From assembly GCA_963667175.2 (NCBI GenBank), contig CAXXXF010000003.1:480001-544000 (forward strand): a DNA stretch of 64,000 bases. The letters run 5' to 3'. The stretch comes from Candidatus Latescibacterota bacterium (lineage in GTDB: Bacteria > Latescibacterota > UBA2968 > GCA-2709665). Below, in pieces: positions 29,651 through 39,731 of the stretch. Position numbers and translations under genes: made by a program. The stretch's first letter is position 1; each line of letters opens with the position of its first letter. The notes beneath the pieces were generated by a model, which did not search any database, was not told where the DNA came from, and saw only the letters and a list, made by a program, of their open reading frames with translations.

Positions 29651-30812
29651 CGGCCAGTGCCTGAATGAGACGGTTGATATCTTCCTCTGCGTGGTCGGCC
29701 ATGAGCGTGAGGCGAAGACGGCTCTCTCCTTCCGGCACTGTCGGAGGCCGGATGCCGCTGAGGTAGATCCCCTCCTCGAAGAGATGGTCCGAAATCGCCG
29801 TCGTACGCGTCGCGTCGCCGATCAGTACGGGGATGATCTGGGATCGGGAGTCCATGAGATTGAAATCGAGGGCTTTCAGTGCGTTATGGACGGTTCGGAC
29901 GTTTCGCCAGAGTCTGTCTCGCAGGTCCGGACGCGTTTCGATGAGTCCCAGGGCGGCGGAGGCGGCCGCGCAGGCGTCGGGTGGCAGGGCCGAGGTATAG
30001 ATGAAAGCCGGCGCCCGATTGATCAGCAGGTCAATGAGTTCCGCGTTTCCGGCGACGAATCCGCCGTAGGCGCCGAGGGCCTTGCTGCCGGAAGTCGTCA
30101 GAACGTCGATACCCTGTGTGATGCCGAAATGGTCGTGTATGCCCCGGCCGGAAGCGCCCAGGACGCCGGTTCCATGGGCGTCGTCAACCATCAGTATGGC
30201 CTTATGCCGGTTCGCCGCGTCCACAAGATCCGACAGCGGGGCGAGGTCGCCGTCCATACTGAACAGCCCGTCGGTGACGATCAGCCGGCGCCGGTAATCG
30301 ATCCGGGTCCGGAGAAGCTTGTCAAGATGGTCGACGTTTCGGTGGCGATAGACGAAGGTTTCTGCGCGGGAGAGCCGGCAGGCGTCGATGATGCTGCGAT
30401 GGTTCAGGCGGTCGCTGAAAACCGCATCCTCCTCGCCTGCAAGTGCGCTCACCGCTCCCAGGTTCGCCATGTAGCCCGTGGGAAAGCAGAGGGCTGATTC
30501 GGTTCCCAGGAATCGGGCCACCCGGCCTTCCAGCGTCCGATGCGGTTCCATGTTTCCGGAAATCAGGCGGGAGGCCGCCGCGCTCAGCCCGTACGTGCGC
30601 AGGGCGGCGTCCGCGTCTTCCTTAAGGGCAGGGTGATTTGCAAGCCCGAGATAGTTATTGGAGCAGAAGAGGAGACGTTCCTTGCCGTCGATACGGACCC
30701 TGGGACCCTGCGCGCCTTCCACCAGATGGAGGCTGCGATACAGCCCGCGTGATCTCAGATTGTTCAACTCTGTGTCGAGATGAGGAAGCACTGGACGGAC
30801 ACCGATGCGCAA
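29628..30812 (-). CDS. bioF: 8-amino-7-oxononanoate synthase
   Basis: FCSNNYLGLA, TGYMANLG, DRLNHRSIID, FSMDGD, VDDAHG, SKALG, IRPPTVP. Confidence 0.9.
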   Translation of the reverse strand: MRIGVRPVLPHLDTELNNLRSRGLYRSLHLVEGAQGPRVRIDGKERLLFCSNNYLGLANHPALKEDADAALRTYGLSAAASRLISGNMEPHRTLEGRVARFLGTESALCFPTGYMANLGAVSALAGEEDAVFSDRLNHRSIIDACRLSRAETFVYRHRNVDHLDKLLRTRIDYRRRLIVTDGLFSMDGDLAPLSDLVDAANRHKAILMVDDAHGTGVLGASGRGIHDHFGITQGIDVLTTSGSKALGAYGGFVAGNAELIDLLINRAPAFIYTSALPPDACAAASAALGLIETRPDLRDRLWRNVRTVHNALKALDFNLMDSRSQIIPVLIGDATRTTAISDHLFEEGIYLSGIRPPTVPEGESRLRLTLMADHAEEDINRLIQALADVRTAFF

Positions 30813-30843
30813 GGCAGTTCAGGGACACGAAACTCGGACGGAA

Positions 30844-30923
30844 ATTATGGAAATCCCCCGGGATTGTCAAGCCGGTGGCGGGGAGTGGTACCGGTTTGAC
30901 AAAGGGGTTCATTCGCGTATATT
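30844..30923. promoter_or_regulatory. Divergent sigma70-type promoters (bioF / lnt-tatC)
   Basis: Plus strand TTGACA(30896)-16 bp-TATATT; minus strand TTGACA(30870)-15 bp-CATAAT. Confidence 0.55.
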
Positions 30924-31068
30924 CTAATCCGGATTTCAGGGCGGGGTTCAAACGGACCGGTTGGCGGATCTTACTGCTTGCGTCCAACCGGTTTTTCTGT
31001 CCCGCAACCTGAAACAGGAAAACGAGGCCGCCCGGGAAACGGCGGAAGGGGTCGGAGGAACCGGAATC

Positions 31069-33390
31069 ATGACGGAGGCACGGCAAGGCGAAAACTGGAA
31101 ATGGATGGTTTTGTTTCCGGCGGTTTCCGGCCTTGTCCTGGGCGCGGCATTTCCGCCTCTGCCTCTGGGGTTTCTGTCTTATGTCGCGCTGATCCCTCTG
31201 CTGCTTTCGGCTGAGCGGCTACGGGGCCGGGCGGCATTCGGCGCCGGGTTCATTCAGGGGATCTTCTTTTACGGTGTCACGCTATACTGGATCGGAACGA
31301 TCACGCCGCCCGGCATGGCCGGAGCGGTTTTTTATATGTCCCTGTTCCGCGGCCTGTTCACGTTGGGGTTCGCCCGCGTTGTTGCGCGGTATGGCGGCGC
31401 CGGGTTGTGGAGCGCGCCCTTCCTCTGGGTGGGGTTGGAATATTTCAACTCTCTGGGCGATATGGGGTTTCCATGGGTCGTGCTGGGAAATTCGCAGACG
31501 GCCTGGCTGTGGCTGATTCAGTATGCCGAAGTGACGGGGGTGTACGGGGTTTCGTTCTGGATTGTGGTGGTCAACCTGAGCGTGCTGATGCTCTGGAGGC
31601 GCCGGGCGCGGCGCAGGATATGGGTTGCGGTTCTGGCGGCGCTTTTCGCGGGACCGGCGGCAAACGGGTATCTGGCTCTGAAGAACGTTCCAGATGAACA
31701 ACCCGTGACCGTCGGCCTGGTCCAGCCGGATATGCCGCCCGTGGCCAAGGAATACCGGGGATTCGATTACAATTTCGGCAAGCTGAAGCCGATGACCGTC
31801 GAGGCCGCAGGGCAGGGGGCAGGGCTCGTGGTGTGGCCCGAGACGGCCGTGGGCTATCTGAAAGGGGAATTGTACCGGCGCCATCGCGAGCGGGTGCAGG
31901 CAATGGTGGACTCGCTCGGCATCCATCTCTTTACGGGCGCGTACAGACTGGAGGCCGGCGACCCTGTAAAGGTCTTCAACTCCTCGTTTCTGTTCGCGCC
32001 GCGAAGGGGGATCACGGGACACTACGACAAAACGCGCCTCGTGCCGTTCGGCGAACGGGCGCCGTTCCCGGAATTGCTGCCTTTTCTGCGAAAGATCAGG
32101 TTCACGGGCGGCGGGTTCGTGGGTGGCAACTGGGATTCCGGAGAGACCCGGACGGTCTTCGACGGTCCCGAGGGCCGCTTCTCCGCGTTGATCTGTTACG
32201 ATTCGGTTTTTCCCGGATTCGTGCGGGCCTTCGCGGACCAGGGCGCCGAGTTTCTGGTGATCATTACCAATGACGGCTGGTTCGGCAGGACTTCCGGTCC
32301 CTTTCAGCATGCCGAGGCGGCGGTGTTTCGCGCCATCGAGAACCGGCGCGACGTGGTCCGCTGCGCGAATACGGGCGTTTCCACTTTTATCGACGCCTAT
32401 GGACGGAAATCGGGGACGACAGGGATCTTCCATCCCGCGGTGGTGACGCAGGGGGTGACGCCGCGGACCGCAAAGACGTTCTATACCAGGTACGGAGACG
32501 TGTTCGGCCAGCTTTGCCTGGTTCTGGGCGTGGTTCTGGTGTTGTTGTCCTTCCGCCATCACACGATGGATGCATCCCATTCCATTCTGCCCCCGGACGT
32601 CGAATCGTCAGCCGCTCAGGCGCCCGAACCGGCTTCGGGCGCCGACGACCGGGCGATGCCCTTTCTGGACCATCTGGAGGAACTCCGGTGGCGCCTGTTG
32701 AAGGGACTGGCGGCCCTCGCGGTCGGCGCCGTGATCTGCGGGATTTCTGCGGACAATATCCTCGGTTGGCTCACGTTGCCCGTCCGGGAGGCGACCCCCG
32801 TCATGAAGCTGCTGGGCGTGGCGCCCGTCGAGCCGTCGGTCAAGCTGATTTATTTGAAACCGATGGGGATGTTTCTCGTTAAACTTCAAATTGCCCTGGT
32901 CGGCGGCGCGGTACTCGCGTTGCCGGTGCTCCTGTATCAGCTGTGGGGCTTCGTCGCGCCGGGTCTGTTGACAACCGAACGGCGGTACGTATCTTTCATT
33001 GTATTTTCATCGTCGGTCTGTTTTGTTCTCGGAGGCGCCATCGCTTACGTGAGCGTGGTGCCGCTGTCGTTTCGATTCCTTATCCTGATCGGCGAAGGGA
33101 CCGGGGTCGACCCCCAGTTCGATATCGGCTTCTACATCGGTTTCGTGCTGAGGCTGCTGGTTGCCTTCGGGGTTGTCTTCGAGCTTCCGGTGGCGGCGTA
33201 CTTCCTGAGCCGGATCGGTCTGCTGACCGCGGAACGGATGCGCTGGGGAAGGCGGTACGCGGTGGTGATCGGCTTTGTGCTGGCCGCGCTGCTGACGCCG
33301 CCGGACCCGATCTCCCAGCTGATGATGGCGCTCCCGCTGGTGCTGCTCTATGAATTCAGCATCTGGGTGGCGCGTGTTGCCGGCAGATGA
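31069..33390 (+). CDS. lnt-tatC: Apolipoprotein N-acyltransferase fused to twin-arginine translocase subunit TatC
   Basis: Lnt triad WPETA / YDKTRLVPFGE / ICYDS plus TNDGWFG and ANTGVS. After a linker, TatC motifs MPFLDHLEELR, YQLWGFVAPGL, FELPV, LTPPDPISQ. One ORF with GGAGG RBS. Confidence 0.9.
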   Translation: MTEARQGENWKWMVLFPAVSGLVLGAAFPPLPLGFLSYVALIPLLLSAERLRGRAAFGAGFIQGIFFYGVTLYWIGTITPPGMAGAVFYMSLFRGLFTLGFARVVARYGGAGLWSAPFLWVGLEYFNSLGDMGFPWVVLGNSQTAWLWLIQYAEVTGVYGVSFWIVVVNLSVLMLWRRRARRRIWVAVLAALFAGPAANGYLALKNVPDEQPVTVGLVQPDMPPVAKEYRGFDYNFGKLKPMTVEAAGQGAGLVVWPETAVGYLKGELYRRHRERVQAMVDSLGIHLFTGAYRLEAGDPVKVFNSSFLFAPRRGITGHYDKTRLVPFGERAPFPELLPFLRKIRFTGGGFVGGNWDSGETRTVFDGPEGRFSALICYDSVFPGFVRAFADQGAEFLVIITNDGWFGRTSGPFQHAEAAVFRAIENRRDVVRCANTGVSTFIDAYGRKSGTTGIFHPAVVTQGVTPRTAKTFYTRYGDVFGQLCLVLGVVLVLLSFRHHTMDASHSILPPDVESSAAQAPEPASGADDRAMPFLDHLEELRWRLLKGLAALAVGAVICGISADNILGWLTLPVREATPVMKLLGVAPVEPSVKLIYLKPMGMFLVKLQIALVGGAVLALPVLLYQLWGFVAPGLLTTERRYVSFIVFSSSVCFVLGGAIAYVSVVPLSFRFLILIGEGTGVDPQFDIGFYIGFVLRLLVAFGVVFELPVAAYFLSRIGLLTAERMRWGRRYAVVIGFVLAALLTPPDPISQLMMALPLVLLYEFSIWVARVAGR

Positions 33391-33477
33391 GCCGGGCGCG
33401 CGCTTCGGGCCCTCCGTTGCGCGCCGTTATTTCATTGCGATCCAATGTATGGGTAACTTAACAAGGGCTTGTTTTTA

Positions 33478-34455
33478 ATGAGTATACCGGTTGCACTAGC
33501 GGTTCTGGCAGTCTGTTTCGCGGTGCTTGCCAAATGCGCGTCGTGGTTTGTGGACGGAGCGGTGGGGATTGCCGAGTATCTGAACGTGCCCAAGATGCTG
33601 ATCGGGATCGTGCTGGTGAGTCTGGCAACGACGTCGCCGGAACTTGCCGTGTCCGTGCTGGCCGCGTTCGAAGGGCACCCGGAGATGGCGCTGGGCAACG
33701 CCATCGGGTCGGTGATTGTGGACGATGGCGTCGCGCTGGCGCTGGGCGTTCTCGTGGCCGGATCGCCGATTCTCATCAATCCGTACCTGCTGCGGACAAC
33801 GGGAATCTTCCTGATCGTCGTGGATCTGGCGGCGTACGCGATGGCGTTCGACGGAACGCTTGACCGGATCGAGGGCGTCGTACTGCTCCTCCTCTTCGTG
33901 GCATACACGGTCTTTACGTACGTCACACGCCGTCGTTCATCCGAGGCCGAGGGAAATCGGATGGAGGAACTGAAGGAGATCGAGGCTTCCATCGAGGGAC
34001 GAGGTCTCGGGACGTTGATGCTGTGGTTCTGCGTGGGGCTGGTCGGGGTGTTGATCTCCAGTCATTTTATCGTGGATTCCGCCGTGGTCATCGCCAAGGC
34101 ATTGGCAGTCAGCGAAGCGGTGATCGCGCTTACGGTGATCGCCATCGGCACGTCGTTGCCGGAGATCGCGACAGGCGTGACGGCCGCCCGCAGAGGACAC
34201 GGTGAGATTGTCGTCGGCAATATTCTTGGCGCGGACATCCTGAATATCTGCTGGATCGCGGGCGCGTCCGCGGTGGTCAATCCGCTCGTGGTGACGCCCA
34301 AAGTGATCCATTTTTCGTTTCCCGCCATGCTGGTGATCGTATTTGCGATGCTCCTCATGATGCGCACAGGCTACCGCCTGACGCGAATCGAGGGTTTCGT
34401 GCTGCTGGCGATATACGGGATATATCTGGCGTTGACGGGAATCATGTTTTTTTAG
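33478..34455 (+). CDS. Calcium/sodium antiporter (YrbG family)
   Basis: Two alpha repeats: ATTSPEL..GNAIGS and GTSLPEI..GNILGA. Confidence 0.92.
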   Translation: MSIPVALAVLAVCFAVLAKCASWFVDGAVGIAEYLNVPKMLIGIVLVSLATTSPELAVSVLAAFEGHPEMALGNAIGSVIVDDGVALALGVLVAGSPILINPYLLRTTGIFLIVVDLAAYAMAFDGTLDRIEGVVLLLLFVAYTVFTYVTRRRSSEAEGNRMEELKEIEASIEGRGLGTLMLWFCVGLVGVLISSHFIVDSAVVIAKALAVSEAVIALTVIAIGTSLPEIATGVTAARRGHGEIVVGNILGADILNICWIAGASAVVNPLVVTPKVIHFSFPAMLVIVFAMLLMMRTGYRLTRIEGFVLLAIYGIYLALTGIMFF

Positions 34456-34464
34456 GGGACCACA

Positions 34465-35499
34465 TTGGGCGGGATATTCGTGACCGGAGGCGCCGGGTTC
34501 ATCGGCTCGAACTTCGTTCGGTACTGGCTGTCCAGATATCCGGACGACAATGTCATAAACTACGATCTGCTCACGTACGCCGGGAATCCGGACAACCTGA
34601 CCGACGTGGTCGCGACGTATCCCGGCCGGTACGAGTTCGTTCAGGGTGACATCGGCAACTATCAGTTGACCAGGGAACTTCTGGAACGGCGCCGGCCGGA
34701 CTGTGTCGTCAACTTCGCCGCCGAGTCGCACAACAGCCGCGCCGTTGTCAATCCCGACGTCTTCTTCGAGACCAACGTGCTGGGAACACAGCGACTGTTG
34801 CAGGCGGCGCACGACGCCGGCGTGCCCAGGGTTCACCATATTTCCACCTGTGAGGTCTACGGGGACCTGCCGCTCGATTCGGAGGAGAGCTTTTCGGAAA
34901 CCGACCCGTATCAGCCGCGAACGCCGTACAACGCATCCAAAGCGGCCGCCGACCTGGCGGTCCGGGCGTACCATCTGACGTTCGGTCTGCCGGTTACGAT
35001 TTCCAATTGCGCAAACAACTACGGAGCGTACCAGTTTCCCGAAAAGGTGATCCCTCTGTTTGTCACCCAGCTCCTCAACGGGAAGAAGATGACGCTCTAC
35101 AAGAGCAGCCGGAACAAACGGGAGTGGCTCCACGTGGATGACCACTGCCGGGCGATCGATCTCATCCTGAAGCGGGGTAAGATCGGGGAGACGTACAACG
35201 TCGGCAGCGGCGTTGAAGTGGACGTCGAGACGGTCGCGGACACGATTCTGGACGTGCTCGGGCTGGATGGATCGTACAAGGTTTACGTTCCGGACCGTCC
35301 CGGACACGACCGCAGATATCTTCTGGATTCGAGCAAGCTGCGGACCGGACTCGGCTGGCGCCCCGAAGTTTCCTTCGAGCACGGGTTCAGGGAGACAGTA
35401 CTCTGGTACACCGACAACCGGGCCTGGTGGGAACCTCTCCTGCAACGTCTCGACGTGGACGAGGAAGCCTGGACGCAGGCGTCGACTCGCCGGTCCTGA
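34465..35499 (+). CDS. rfbB: dTDP-glucose 4,6-dehydratase
   Basis: VTGGAGFIGSN, LTYAGN, FAAESH, PYNASKAA, FPEKVIP, DRPGHDRRY. Confidence 0.93.
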   Translation: MGGIFVTGGAGFIGSNFVRYWLSRYPDDNVINYDLLTYAGNPDNLTDVVATYPGRYEFVQGDIGNYQLTRELLERRRPDCVVNFAAESHNSRAVVNPDVFFETNVLGTQRLLQAAHDAGVPRVHHISTCEVYGDLPLDSEESFSETDPYQPRTPYNASKAAADLAVRAYHLTFGLPVTISNCANNYGAYQFPEKVIPLFVTQLLNGKKMTLYKSSRNKREWLHVDDHCRAIDLILKRGKIGETYNVGSGVEVDVETVADTILDVLGLDGSYKVYVPDRPGHDRRYLLDSSKLRTGLGWRPEVSFEHGFRETVLWYTDNRAWWEPLLQRLDVDEEAWTQASTRRS

Positions 35500-35538
35500 T
35501 CCGAGACACGTGTCCATGTCTCCTTGAAAGGGCGTTGA

Positions 35539-36111
35539 ATGCCGTTCCGGTTTCAAAAATTGAGAATACCCGGACTCGTTCTCGTCGAGCCCCGTGTTTT
35601 TGGAGACAGTCGCGGGTTTCTGATGGAGTCCTACAAGAGGTCGGATTTCGAAGCGGATGGAATCTTCGCCGAGTTTGTGCAGGATATCCATTCCCACTCG
35701 GTCAGGGGCGTCCTGAGGGGAATGCACTTTCAGCTGCGCCCAGCGGCGCAGGCCAAGCTGGTGAGGGTTGTGAAGGGCGAGGTGTTCGACGTGGCGGTGG
35801 ATATCCGCAGGAATGCCCCCACCTTCGGACAGTGGGAAGGGGTGGTGCTGTCTGACGAAAACCACAGGATGTTCTACGTTCCGGAGGGATTTGCGCACGG
35901 GTTCTGCGTGCTGAGCGACGAGGCCGAGTTCGTCTACAAGGTCACCGCGGAGTTCGCGCCGGACCTCGACCGGGGCATCCTGTGGAACGATCCGGCCGTC
36001 GGCATCGACTGGCCGGTTTCCAATCCCGTCCTGTCCGCGAAGGACCTGGCGCTGCCCCCGCTGGCCGACGCCGAAAATAACTTCGTCTACGACACGGGCA
36101 CGGGTGGCTGA
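35539..36111 (+). CDS. rfbC: dTDP-4-dehydrorhamnose 3,5-epimerase
   Basis: FGDSRG, GVLRGMHFQ, DVAVDIR, GFAHGF, WNDP. Confidence 0.95.
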   Translation: MPFRFQKLRIPGLVLVEPRVFGDSRGFLMESYKRSDFEADGIFAEFVQDIHSHSVRGVLRGMHFQLRPAAQAKLVRVVKGEVFDVAVDIRRNAPTFGQWEGVVLSDENHRMFYVPEGFAHGFCVLSDEAEFVYKVTAEFAPDLDRGILWNDPAVGIDWPVSNPVLSAKDLALPPLADAENNFVYDTGTGG

Positions 36112-36192
36112 AATTGATAGGGAATTCGACGAAATTCGGGGAGGCGACGCGGTCACGGACGTGGTACCGGGGTTGTCGGATCCGGACTGATC

Positions 36193-36834
36193 CTATCCAA
36201 GCGGGCTGCCGCCGCCGAAGAGGTCTTCTCCTTCTTCGGCGGTTTCTTCTTTGTTGGAGATGCCCCAGATCAGGCCGTGGGGATCCAGTTCGTTCAAAGG
36301 GGGGCTGTCGTAGTCCGGTTGGAGTTCGCTGCCGCAGATGGGACAGCACGCATAGGAGGGATGATACAGGACGCCGTTGTTGCAGGTCTTGCAGGATTTC
36401 ACCATCGTATCCAGCTTGTCGCCGCATCGCACACAGTGCTGAAAGTAGCCGTCGTAGGGCGTGCTCTCCCCGCACCCGGAACATTTCACCACGTCGTGCA
36501 TGCCCAGTTTGTCGGCCGGCGGCTGCTCGAGCGAGATCGCCTGTCGGTCCGGCACGGAGACGTATTCGGCCTTGAACGTCTGGAATTTTTCGCGGATCTG
36601 GCTGGTCTGCACGCCCAGGTATTTTTCCGATATCGTGATCGTGAAGACCAGATTGGGCGAAATGCCCAGGAAGTGGATGAGGTCACGCGTATTCCAGTCC
36701 CGCTGTTCCACGATGGTGGCCTTGTGGGTTTCGCACAGGCTGAGGAAGTCCTGGATTTTCTTTCGGTTCTCCCGCCGCCGGCTGTTGTCTTCACGTTCAA
36801 ACTCGTACAGGGTGCCGAAGTCGACGCGGATCAT
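36193..36834 (-). CDS. Hypothetical protein with C-terminal double zinc ribbon
   Basis: CSGC, CVRC, CKTC, CPIC. Start overlaps the uvrA stop (ATGA). Confidence 0.7.
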   Translation of the reverse strand: MIRVDFGTLYEFEREDNSRRRENRKKIQDFLSLCETHKATIVEQRDWNTRDLIHFLGISPNLVFTITISEKYLGVQTSQIREKFQTFKAEYVSVPDRQAISLEQPPADKLGMHDVVKCSGCGESTPYDGYFQHCVRCGDKLDTMVKSCKTCNNGVLYHPSYACCPICGSELQPDYDSPPLNELDPHGLIWGISNKEETAEEGEDLFGGGSPLG

Positions 36835-39602
36835 GGTTCGATCACCTCTTTGAGAAAGCGGCCGGTGTGTGAGGCCGGCGCGGCGGAAACGCGTTCCGGG
36901 GGCCCCTCCGCGACGACCCTCCCGCCGGAATCGCCGCCGCCGGGACCGAGATCGACGATCCAGTCCGCCCGTTTCACCACGTCCAGGTTGTGTTCGATCA
37001 CAATGACGGTGTTGCCCTTGTCCACCAGCCGATCCAGAACCGAAACGAGCGTCCGGATGTCCTCGAAGTGCAGCCCGGTCGTCGGCTCGTCCAGAATATA
37101 CATGGTTTTACCTGTTGCCACACGCGAAAGTTCGGCGGCCAGTTTGATGCGTTGCGCTTCGCCTCCGGAGAGGGCCGTCGCCGGCTGCCCCAGCCGGATA
37201 TAACCCAGGCCGACGTCCGCGAGGGTTTCCAGCTTCCTCCGCGCGCCGGGTATATCCCGAAAGAACGTGAGCGCCCTCTCGGTGGTCATCTTCAGGACGT
37301 CCGCGATCGAACAGCCCTTGTAGCGGATTTCCAGGGTCTCCCTGTTGTAACGGCTTCCGCCACAGGCATCGCAGGTCACGTAGACGTCGGGAAGGAAGTC
37401 CATTTCGATCCGTTTGAGGCCGTCGCCCTGACAGGGCTCGCAGCGTCCCCCCTTCCGATTGAAGCTGAATCGACCGGGCGTATATCCCCGGACCCTGGAC
37501 TCGGGCAGTTGCGCGTAGAGATCTCGAATGTCCGTAAAGACGTCGGTGTAGGTGGCCGCATTTGATCGCGGTGTCCGACCGATAGGCGCCTGATCGATCC
37601 GGATGATCTTGTCGATCCGGGAAAGTCCCTCGATGCCGTCGTGCCCAAGCGGTACGGCCGTGGCGTTGTGCAGCCTGTTCGCCAGCGCCGGATAGAGTGT
37701 CCCGTTGATCAGAGTGCTCTTTCCGGACCCGGACACACCGGTAACGCAGACAAGGACGCCCAGCGGCAGCGTGACGTCAACGGACTTGAGATTGTGTCCT
37801 CGGGCGCCCTTCAATACGATCCGGCCGGTGGGTTGTCTGCTGTCGGGGGGCTGGGGGATGGATTTCCGCCCGGAGAGGTAAGCGCCCGTGAGGCATTCGC
37901 GGGCGGCCATAATATCCTCAACGCTACCCTGCGCGATCAGTTCGCCGCCCTGCTCGCCCGCTCCGGGCCCGAGGTCGATCAGATGGTCGGCGGCCATCAT
38001 GGTCTCCCGGTCGTGTTCCACCACCAGAACCGTATTGCCGAGGTCCCGGAGCGTTTCCAGCGTGTCGATGAGCTTGCGGTTGTCCCCGGGGTGCAATCCG
38101 ACACTGGGTTCGTCGAGGACGTAGAGCACTCCCGAAAGGCGCGTGCCGATCTGCGTGGCCATGCGGATCCGCTGCGTTTCGCCGCCAGAGAGGGAGGCCA
38201 CGCTGCGTTCCAGCGTGAGATAACCCACACCCACGTCCCTCAGGAAGACGAGCCTGTTGCGGATTTCATCCAGAATCGTGTCGACGACCTCCCGGGGACC
38301 CAGTCTTCCCTTCAGGCGATCCATGAAATCGATGGCCCGGTCGATGCCCATCGCCGATACCTGCCCGATATTGCTGCCGTCAATGGTGACCGCCAGGGCC
38401 TCCTTTCGCAACCTGGCGCCGGCACAGTCCGAGCAGACAACGGTACGGACGTACGGTTCCGGGGCGGACCCGGCTTCATCGGATGCGGCATCCGCAACCC
38501 GCCGGTTGAGGGACGGGATCACGCCGTCGAAGCCGAGGGATTCGTCGCCCCACAGAATGGCCTCCTTCGCGCTGGTTGGAAGCGAACCGAACGGCGCGGC
38601 GACGTCGAACCCATACCGGTCCGCGAGGCGCCTGAGAAGGTCGAGCTTCGCGCGGCCCCTGGGGACGCCCCAGGGTGCGATTGCGCCCTCGGCTATGGAG
38701 CGCCCCGCGTCCGGAACGACGCAGTCAGGGTCTATTTCCGTCCTCTCGCCCATTCCATTGCAGGCGGGACAGGCGCCGTGCGGGTTGTTGAACGAGAAAA
38801 GACGGGGCGTCAGTTCTTCGAGGGCGGCGTCGCAGTTTCTGCAGATCAACCGGGTGGAAAAGCTCAACTCACGGCCTTCGAGTACATCCAGAAGGACGAT
38901 GCCGCCGGACAGGGCGAGCGCGGTTTCGAGCGAGTCGGCCAGCCGCCGTTCCATTTGCGGGCGGACGACCAGGCGGTCGATGACCGCGTCGACGGTATGC
39001 GGTCTCTTCGGGTCCAGGCGAATCTCCTCTTCCAGCGCCCGATCGCGGCCGTCGATCCGCACGCGCACGAATCCATCGCGCCGCAGGCGTTCCAGTTCCC
39101 GGTCCAGGCGACCTTTCCGGTTTCGTATCCATGGCGCCAGAATTCGGAGGCGGGCGCCCGCCGGCATCTCAAGCACCGTGTCGACGATTTCGCCAACGGT
39201 CTGGCAGGAGATGGGACTCCCGCAATGCGGGCAATGCGGCAGACCGGCCCGCGCGAAGAGGACCCTGAGATGGTCGTGGATTTCCGTGAGGGTGCCAACC
39301 GTCGACCTGGAATTTCCCGCGGCACGACGCTGTTGAATCGCTACGGCGGGGGAGAGGCCGTCGATGCTGTCGACGTCGGGTCTCTCCATCACCTCCAGGA
39401 AACGGCGCGTATGAGCGGACGTCGCCTCCACGTACCTGCGCTGTCCTTCGGCATAGATGGTGTCGAAGGCCAGCGAGGATTTCCCCGAGCCCGACGGCCC
39501 CGTGATGACGACAAACCGGTTCTTGGGGACGTCGAGATCGAGACCCCGCAGGTTGTGCTGGCGGGCGCCGCGTATTCGGATGGCGTCGTTTGCAGGTGGC
39601 AT
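36831..39602 (-). CDS. uvrA: Excinuclease ABC subunit A
   Basis: GARQHNL, GPSGSGKSSLAFDTIYAEGQRRY, second Walker A GVSGSGKS, two LSGGE signatures, Zn fingers. Confidence 0.97.
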   Translation of the reverse strand: MPPANDAIRIRGARQHNLRGLDLDVPKNRFVVITGPSGSGKSSLAFDTIYAEGQRRYVEATSAHTRRFLEVMERPDVDSIDGLSPAVAIQQRRAAGNSRSTVGTLTEIHDHLRVLFARAGLPHCPHCGSPISCQTVGEIVDTVLEMPAGARLRILAPWIRNRKGRLDRELERLRRDGFVRVRIDGRDRALEEEIRLDPKRPHTVDAVIDRLVVRPQMERRLADSLETALALSGGIVLLDVLEGRELSFSTRLICRNCDAALEELTPRLFSFNNPHGACPACNGMGERTEIDPDCVVPDAGRSIAEGAIAPWGVPRGRAKLDLLRRLADRYGFDVAAPFGSLPTSAKEAILWGDESLGFDGVIPSLNRRVADAASDEAGSAPEPYVRTVVCSDCAGARLRKEALAVTIDGSNIGQVSAMGIDRAIDFMDRLKGRLGPREVVDTILDEIRNRLVFLRDVGVGYLTLERSVASLSGGETQRIRMATQIGTRLSGVLYVLDEPSVGLHPGDNRKLIDTLETLRDLGNTVLVVEHDRETMMAADHLIDLGPGAGEQGGELIAQGSVEDIMAARECLTGAYLSGRKSIPQPPDSRQPTGRIVLKGARGHNLKSVDVTLPLGVLVCVTGVSGSGKSTLINGTLYPALANRLHNATAVPLGHDGIEGLSRIDKIIRIDQAPIGRTPRSNAATYTDVFTDIRDLYAQLPESRVRGYTPGRFSFNRKGGRCEPCQGDGLKRIEMDFLPDVYVTCDACGGSRYNRETLEIRYKGCSIADVLKMTTERALTFFRDIPGARRKLETLADVGLGYIRLGQPATALSGGEAQRIKLAAELSRVATGKTMYILDEPTTGLHFEDIRTLVSVLDRLVDKGNTVIVIEHNLDVVKRADWIVDLGPGGGDSGGRVVAEGPPERVSAAPASHTGRFLKEVIEP

Positions 39603-39618
39603 GCGGGATTGGCGAGGC

Positions 39619-39646
39619 AAAACCCCGATCGGGCGACCGGGGTTTT
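39619..39646. terminator. Rho-independent terminator downstream of the tRNA-like gene
   Basis: AAAACCCCG-ATCGGGCGAC-CGGGGTTTT hairpin. Confidence 0.7.
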
Positions 39647-39649
39647 GGA

Positions 39650-39717
39650 TGGCGCGGCAGAGAGGACTCGAACCTCCAACCATCCGGTCCGAAGCCGGAT
39701 GCTTGAACCGCTGCCGC
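39650..39717 (-). tRNA. tRNA-Arg(TCG)-like gene lacking the D-arm (68 nt)
   Basis: GCGGCAG/CTGCCGC acceptor stem, TCCGG-CTTCGGA-CCGGA anticodon arm, GGAGG-TTCGAGT-CCTCT T-arm, G-CCA end. Only 11 nt (CGGTTCAAGCA) where the D-arm should be. Confidence 0.8.
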
Positions 39718-39731
39718 GGAGGCGTTGGATA

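Noticed and set aside
33937-36156. Long antisense ORFs (also 6855..8390, 37641..39779, 44125..46869)
   Set aside because: Shadow frames opposite well-supported genes in GC-rich DNA, with no recognisable motifs.
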